Assembly (NCBI GenBank): GCA_013821905.1
Contig: PNJO01000001.1
Location: forward strand, 5,989-69,988
Direction: 5' to 3'
DNA from: Sphingopyxis sp.
GTDB taxonomy: Bacteria; Pseudomonadota; Alphaproteobacteria; Sphingomonadales; Sphingomonadaceae
DNA: 64,000 bases
Shown here: positions 58,761 to 64,000 of the stretch, piece by piece
Position numbering within the stretch: position 1 is the stretch's first letter
How the letters are laid out: each line of letters opens with the position of its first letter
Position numbers and translations under genes: made by a program
The notes under the pieces: model-generated
Told to the model about the DNA's origin: nothing
What the model saw: the letters and a program-made list of their open reading frames with translations, nothing else
Databases searched by the model: none

Positions 58761-58777
58761 CGTAGTTATATAACTCG
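58761..58777. promoter_or_regulatory. Operator copy 4 (CGTAGTTATATAACTCG)
   Basis: Perfect palindromic core in a divergent intergenic region. Confidence 0.8.
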
Positions 58778-58813
58778 GGCATAGGATTCGCCAGAAACGA
58801 GGGAGAGCGATCA

Positions 58814-60025
58814 ATGGATTTGAGCTATGGTGAGGCCGCCGAGGCGTTTCGCGCCGAAGTTCGTGGCTTCCTGTCGGCGCACTGGCCGCCCGCACCGGAT
58901 ATGCGCGGCGCCGACCTCAAGCAATTTGTCCGGGAATTCCGCGCGCGGGCGACGGATGCAGGGTTCCTTTATCGCGCGATTCCGAAAATCTATGGCGGGT
59001 CGGAGCAGCCGGTCGACGTCATCAAGGCGCAGGTGATCCGCGAGGAATTCGCCCGGGCCCGTGCGCCGATGGAGGTCGGCGGCAACGGCATGAACATGAC
59101 GGTGCCGACCCTGCTCGAAAAGGGAACGGAGGAACAGAAAGAGCTTTTCATCCGCAAGACGGTGTCGGGCGAATATATCTGGGGGCAGGGCTATTCCGAA
59201 CCCGGGTCGGGCAGCGACCTTGCCAGCGTGCGCACGAAGGGCGAGCTGTCGGCGGACGGCACGAAATGGATCATCAACGGCCAAAAAATCTGGACGTCGC
59301 AAGGCATGCAGTCGACGCACATGTTCATGCTCGTGCGCACCGAACCCGATGCGCCCAAGCATGACGGCATCACCTATCTTCTCATCGACCTCGACCAGCC
59401 CGGGATCACGCGGCGGCCGATCCGCCAGATGACCGGCGAGGAGGGCGATCACACCTTCTGCGAATTCTTCTTCGACAATGCCGAAACCCCGGTGTCGTGG
59501 CAGGTCGGCGAACGCGGCCAGGGCTGGTACGTCAGCCGCACGACGCTGAAGCACGAGCGCGCGAGCATCGGCAGCGCCGACGGCCTCGGGCGCCAGTTCT
59601 CGAAGCTCGTCGAGCTTGCGCAGGAGGTCGGGCGCATCGACGACCCGATCGTCCGCGACAAGCTGGCGCAGATCGAGGGCTTTGTCCTCTCGCACCGCTA
59701 TACGAGCTTCCGCCTGTTCAGCTGTGCCGCGGCGGGCGAAGATCCGGGTCCGGTTTCGTTGATGATGAAGCTTCTCCTCACCGAGACCGGCCATGAAATG
59801 GCGCTGCTCGCGCAGGAACTGATCGGCGAGCATGGCTTCGTCGAACCCGCCGGCGCCGGCGGGCGCGGCAACCGCGGGCCGCGCGGCCCCGAAAAATGGA
59901 TGGATCAGATCATGGGCAGTCTCGGCAATTCGATCGCGGGCGGCGCATCGAACATCCAGCGCAACATCATCGGCGAGCGCGGTCTCGGCTTGCCGCGCGA
60001 TCTCGCGATGAGCGGGGAGCGCTGA
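58814..60025 (+). CDS. Acyl-CoA dehydrogenase (long subunit)
   Basis: QGYSEPGSGSDLAS, IAGGASNIQRNIIGER. Confidence 0.93.
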   Translation: MDLSYGEAAEAFRAEVRGFLSAHWPPAPDMRGADLKQFVREFRARATDAGFLYRAIPKIYGGSEQPVDVIKAQVIREEFARARAPMEVGGNGMNMTVPTLLEKGTEEQKELFIRKTVSGEYIWGQGYSEPGSGSDLASVRTKGELSADGTKWIINGQKIWTSQGMQSTHMFMLVRTEPDAPKHDGITYLLIDLDQPGITRRPIRQMTGEEGDHTFCEFFFDNAETPVSWQVGERGQGWYVSRTTLKHERASIGSADGLGRQFSKLVELAQEVGRIDDPIVRDKLAQIEGFVLSHRYTSFRLFSCAAAGEDPGPVSLMMKLLLTETGHEMALLAQELIGEHGFVEPAGAGGRGNRGPRGPEKWMDQIMGSLGNSIAGGASNIQRNIIGERGLGLPRDLAMSGER

Positions 60026-60026
60026 C

Positions 60027-61043
60027 ATGCACTTCCACCTGACCGAAGAGCAGACGGCGATCCAGGACGCGGTGCGCGGGACGCTCGCCGACAGCTGGCC
60101 GATGGAGCGCATCCACGCCTTTGCCGATGGCGATGCCGATTTCGACGGGGACAGCTGGCAGGCGATGATGGCGCTCGGGCTCGGCGGCATCTTGTTGCCG
60201 GACAGCGGGATGGGACTTCTCGACGCCGCGCTCGTCTGCGAAGTGGCCGGCGAAGCGGCGGCGGCGGGACCGCTGATCGGGCAGCTGCTGGCGGTCGCGG
60301 CGATCGCGCGCAGCGAAAATGAAGCGGCAAAGGCCCATCTCGAAGGGCTGAGTTCGGGTACGACGGTCGCGACCTTGGCCTTTACCGCCGGCGATCCGGC
60401 GGAAGCCGAACTGATGGTGCCCTGCGCCCGCAGCGCGCAGCTGTTCCTCATCGGATCGCGCACGGGAGGGATTGCGCTCGTCGAGGCGGGCGATGCGGTG
60501 ACGATCGCGCCGGTGGCGTCGACCGACCGCAGCCGGCCGGTTTCGAAGGTGACGTTCGCGGGCGCGACGATGCTTCAGCTCTTCGCGCCCGAAGATCCGA
60601 TGACGGCGAAACTCTATGCCGCCGCCCTCGTACTGGCGGCGGCCGATGCGCTCGGCGGCGCACAGAAAGTTACCGATATGAGCGTCGCCTATGCAAAGGA
60701 GCGCGAGCAGTTCGGCCAGCCGATCGGCCGTTTCCAGGGGCTCAAACACCAGCTGGCGCATATGGCGCTCGACGTCGAGCCGGCACGCGCGCTGCTATGG
60801 TACGCAGCCTATGCCTGGGACGCCGACCTGCCCGATGCGGCGCGCGCCGCGGCCATGGCGAAAGCGCATCTGTCCGACGTCTATGTCCGCGCCACACGCG
60901 CCGCGGTCGCCGCGCATGGCGGGATCGGATATACATGGGAATATGGTCTCAATTACTGGTTCCGCCGTGCCGTGTTCGATCGCGCCTGGCTCGGCAGCCC
61001 GTCGATGCAACGCGCCCGCGCGGCGAAATTGGCGGGATGGTGA
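60027..61043 (+). CDS. Acyl-CoA dehydrogenase (short partner subunit)
   Basis: REQFGQPIGRFQGLKH, HGGIGYTWE. Confidence 0.9.
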   Translation: MHFHLTEEQTAIQDAVRGTLADSWPMERIHAFADGDADFDGDSWQAMMALGLGGILLPDSGMGLLDAALVCEVAGEAAAAGPLIGQLLAVAAIARSENEAAKAHLEGLSSGTTVATLAFTAGDPAEAELMVPCARSAQLFLIGSRTGGIALVEAGDAVTIAPVASTDRSRPVSKVTFAGATMLQLFAPEDPMTAKLYAAALVLAAADALGGAQKVTDMSVAYAKEREQFGQPIGRFQGLKHQLAHMALDVEPARALLWYAAYAWDADLPDAARAAAMAKAHLSDVYVRATRAAVAAHGGIGYTWEYGLNYWFRRAVFDRAWLGSPSMQRARAAKLAGW

Positions 61044-61046
61044 TAT

Positions 61047-61784
61047 ATGGCTGTTTTCTGTCTTGTCCCCGGAGCCTGGCACGGCGCATGGTGCTGGCAA
61101 CTGGTCGCTCCGCTTCTCGAAGCGCGCGGCCACTATGTATTGCTCCCCGAACTGGTCTCGCTGGGCGAAGATTCGACAAGTCCCGCCGAAGTGACGCTCG
61201 CGCGCTGGGCCGACGATGTCGCGTCGGCCGTGCAGACGGCAGGCGAACCGGTAGTGCTCGTCGGGCATAGCCGCGGGGGTATTATAATCAGCGAGGTCGC
61301 CGAACGTGTGCCATCGGCAGTGGCTTGCCTTGTCTATCTCGCCGCTTTTCTGCTTCCCGACGGGAAAAGCGTCACCGACGTCGCGGTTTCGGCCGAGGAC
61401 GAGGATGCCGGAGCTATGATGACGCCCGACGGACATGGCGGTCTGGCGATCGGTCGTGCGTTCGTGGGTCCGCGCTTTTACAATGAAACCGCAGCCGATT
61501 GGGTCGCGACCGCCGAGAAACTGGTGAAGCCCGAGCCGATTGCCGGGCTTACCACGCCGGTTCATGTGACCCGCCAGAATTTCGGGAGCGTGCCGAGGGC
61601 CTATATCGAGTGCCTGAAGGATATGGCGGTGCCGATCGCACTGCAGCGGACGATGCAGGAAGGCTGGCCGTGCGATCCGGTCGTAACGCTCGATTCGGAT
61701 CATAGTCCGTTCTTTTCAATGCCGGAAGAGCTTGCCGATAGTCTCGACCAGGTCGCTGCCCAAATTGTGCGTGCGCCGGCATGA
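61047..61784 (+). CDS. Alpha/beta hydrolase (methylesterase-like)
   Basis: GAWHGAWCW, GHSRGG, DHSPFFS. Confidence 0.9.
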   Translation: MAVFCLVPGAWHGAWCWQLVAPLLEARGHYVLLPELVSLGEDSTSPAEVTLARWADDVASAVQTAGEPVVLVGHSRGGIIISEVAERVPSAVACLVYLAAFLLPDGKSVTDVAVSAEDEDAGAMMTPDGHGGLAIGRAFVGPRFYNETAADWVATAEKLVKPEPIAGLTTPVHVTRQNFGSVPRAYIECLKDMAVPIALQRTMQEGWPCDPVVTLDSDHSPFFSMPEELADSLDQVAAQIVRAPA

Positions 61785-62839
61785 CCGCCGACCTTACGTT
61801 CTCGCCTGCCGATGATCGCTACCACCAGCTGTCCGACGATCCCTTTGAGACCGAGACCAACTGGTGGTCGTTCAGCATCCCGGAGCGCAAGATCGGATGC
61901 TGGATCCATGCGCCCTATTATCCGAACCGCAAGAGCGTGACCTGGCGCATCTTCGCCTGGGACGACGAAGGCTATGACCCGGCGCGCATGGCCTATTACC
62001 GGAAGGTCGAGGAGGCGCCGATGCCCGACGATCCCGACCTTCGCGATATTGTCTTTCCGGGCGACGCGCACGGCGGCGGCTACAGTCTCAAGATGATCGA
62101 GCCGGGGATGAAATATCACCTGCAATATGATGATCCGGCGCGGGGCTTTGCGCTCGATTTCACGCACAGCGGGCTCCACGAACCGCATCGCTTTCCCCCC
62201 GGCAAACCGCCGTTCATGGCGACCCCCCATTATGACCAGCTCGGACATGTCGAGGGCTGGATGACGCTGCGCGGGGAAAGGATTCGGATCGACGGCATCG
62301 GGGTGCGCGACCGCACCTGGGGGCCGCGCGGCGGGCCTTATGCCGCGAGCCCCAAAGTCTATGCGAGCGATCTTGAGCGCGTGAAAAATCCCGGAGGCGC
62401 GCGCTGGCGCGAGATCGAACGCGAGCGCGGGCGAGGTCGCATCCAGTATATTTTCGGTCACCGCCGCGACGGGACCGGCTTCCTGGGCTTCGTGCGCGTC
62501 GCCGACGGCGATGCCGAGGGCTGGGCGCCGATGAACGCCGGCTGGATTCGCCGCGACGGTTCGTTCGGCAGCCTGATCCCCGCGCGTTCGCGGATGCGCT
62601 GCTTCCGCAGTCCGAAGACCGGCTGGTCGACGCATATGCAGGTCGAACTGGTCGACGAACAGGGTCGCGAAATGGTCAGCGAAGGCTTCGTCGTCAGTAC
62701 GATGAGCGAAGCCGGCTATGGCGTGAACCAGCTTATGCGCTGGGATATCGATGGCGGGATCGGCTGGGGCGAAGACCAGGACGTATGGAACCCCGCCCAT
62801 TTTACGCGCATGCTCGATGCCTTGAAGACGACGGCCTGA
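61781..62839 (+). CDS. Conserved beta-rich hypothetical protein
   Basis: ETNWWSF, HYDQLG, RDRTWGPR; ATGA coupling. Confidence 0.75.
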   Translation: MTADLTFSPADDRYHQLSDDPFETETNWWSFSIPERKIGCWIHAPYYPNRKSVTWRIFAWDDEGYDPARMAYYRKVEEAPMPDDPDLRDIVFPGDAHGGGYSLKMIEPGMKYHLQYDDPARGFALDFTHSGLHEPHRFPPGKPPFMATPHYDQLGHVEGWMTLRGERIRIDGIGVRDRTWGPRGGPYAASPKVYASDLERVKNPGGARWREIERERGRGRIQYIFGHRRDGTGFLGFVRVADGDAEGWAPMNAGWIRRDGSFGSLIPARSRMRCFRSPKTGWSTHMQVELVDEQGREMVSEGFVVSTMSEAGYGVNQLMRWDIDGGIGWGEDQDVWNPAHFTRMLDALKTTA

Positions 62840-62843
62840 TCCA

Positions 62844-63773
62844 ATGTTCAAGCGATTGTCGTTGCCGCTGATGTGCGCTCCGATGAGCTTCGCCTCCTCG
62901 GTGCCGCTCGCGGTCGGCTGTTGCCGCGCCGGGGTCATCGGCGGCTGGCAGGGCGGGTCGGCAACTTCGGCCGAAGTCTTCGAGGATTATCTGAAGGCTC
63001 TCGATACGATCGGCGGCGCGCCGCCGATCGTCAATATTCCTGCGCGCTGGGGCAGCGACCCCAGGGCCGCGCCGCGCCTCGACCTGCTCGAGCGCTACCG
63101 CGTTCCGCTCGTGCTCTCGAGTATCGGCGACCCATCGGCGCTCGTCGAGCGCGTCCATGGCTGGGGCGGGCGCGTCGTTCATGATGTGACGACGATGCGG
63201 CATGCCGAAAAGGCGATTGCCGCGGGCGCCGACGGTTTGATGCTGACCTGCGCGGGTGCGGGGGGACACACGGGCTTCCTCACTCCGATGGCGTTCGTTC
63301 CCGCCGTACGCCGCATTTTCGGCGGGCTGCTGATCGTCGCGGGCGGCATCGCCGACGCGCACGGGATCGCGGCGGCGCTTGCGCTCGGCGGCGATATCGC
63401 CTGCATGGGGACGCGCTTCATCGCGACGCCCGAGAGCGGAGTGGTCGAGGGACACCGTTCGATGATCCCCGAGGCCGGTGTCGACGACATCGTCGCATCG
63501 GCGGCGATGAACGGCGTTCCGGCGCACTGGATGCGGCAGTCGATCGAGGCGGTCGGGCTCGATACCAGCGCGTTGCCCGATGTGCGGTCGGACATGCCCG
63601 CGGGCGTGATGCCGTGGCGCGACATCTGGAGCGCCGGCCAAAGCGTCGGACTGATCGACGGGGTCGAACCGGTCGCCGATCTGGTCGCCCGGCTGCGCGG
63701 TGCCTTCGATGCGTTGCCGGCGGTTCCCGACTGGCGCGCGCGGCTTGCCGCCACGGCCGCCGGCTGGGGCTAA
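62844..63773 (+). CDS. Nitronate monooxygenase / flavin oxidoreductase family
   Basis: APM, GAGGHTG, AGGI, MGTRFIAT.E, WSAGQ. Confidence 0.9.
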   Translation: MFKRLSLPLMCAPMSFASSVPLAVGCCRAGVIGGWQGGSATSAEVFEDYLKALDTIGGAPPIVNIPARWGSDPRAAPRLDLLERYRVPLVLSSIGDPSALVERVHGWGGRVVHDVTTMRHAEKAIAAGADGLMLTCAGAGGHTGFLTPMAFVPAVRRIFGGLLIVAGGIADAHGIAAALALGGDIACMGTRFIATPESGVVEGHRSMIPEAGVDDIVASAAMNGVPAHWMRQSIEAVGLDTSALPDVRSDMPAGVMPWRDIWSAGQSVGLIDGVEPVADLVARLRGAFDALPAVPDWRARLAATAAGWG

Positions 63774-64000
63774 TCCATCGTCAGGACGATCCGGCCGGCG
63801 CTTTGTCCAGCTGCCGCATCCTCCATCGCCGGCCGGAATTCCTCCAGCCTGTACGACCGCGCGATCGCGGGACGAAGCGATCCGGCGGCGGCGAGCGCGA
63901 ACAGGGTATCGCGATTGGCTTCGCTCTTGAGGGGCTCGAAGATCCCGAATTGCCGGACATCGACCCCGATCAGGCTTGCGCCCTTGAGCAGCGGCAGATT
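63770..64000 (-). CDS. NADPH:quinone oxidoreductase (MDR) family, 3' end only
   Basis: NLPLLKGASLIGVD...AGRIVLTMD-stop, open to the window edge. Confidence 0.8.
   Translation of the reverse strand, partial: NLPLLKGASLIGVDVRQFGIFEPLKSEANRDTLFALAAAGSLRPAIARSYRLEEFRPAMEDAAAGQSAGRIVLTMD

Noticed and set aside
1..64000. CRISPR array, retron/RT, integrase, IS, rRNA/tRNA
   Set aside because: No spaced repeats or diagnostic motifs seen by eye; a tool-based scan could still find weak cases

Overview
GC-rich alphaproteobacterial DNA, probably Sphingomonadaceae (inferred from gene content), in two parts. (1) About 1-31.3 kb is an accessory island. The first ~23 kb is a dense candidate anti-phage array: two ~1400-aa STAND/NACHT-like NTPases, one with a C-terminal PD-(D/E)XK nuclease and one with an N-terminal Cap4-like nuclease; three stand-alone PD-(D/E)XK proteins; two RES proteins; and HNH-like, AlbA_2/Schlafen, ParB/Srx-like and HEPN-like proteins. 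It also holds a frameshifted TIR fused to an RsiV/DUF3298-like domain and several gene scars. From 23 to 31 kb there are two orphan antitoxins and a mobilisation module: a MobA/MobL relaxase, a second MobA-like protein apparently lacking the catalytic Tyr, a candidate oriT, an orphan ParB and two parS-like palindromes. (2) About 31.4-64 kb is a CoA-dependent beta-oxidation-type catabolic cluster: 7 acyl-CoA dehydrogenase genes (three heteromeric-type pairs plus one), 2 CoA ligases, 2 CoA transferases, a thiolase, 3 crotonases, MaoC, AtuA-like, a TonB receptor, 2 MFS and a LysR. A palindrome AGTTATATAACT recurs at four promoters. No rRNA, tRNA, CRISPR array, integrase or intact transposase was seen. 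All family calls are from motif recognition by eye; no searches were run.
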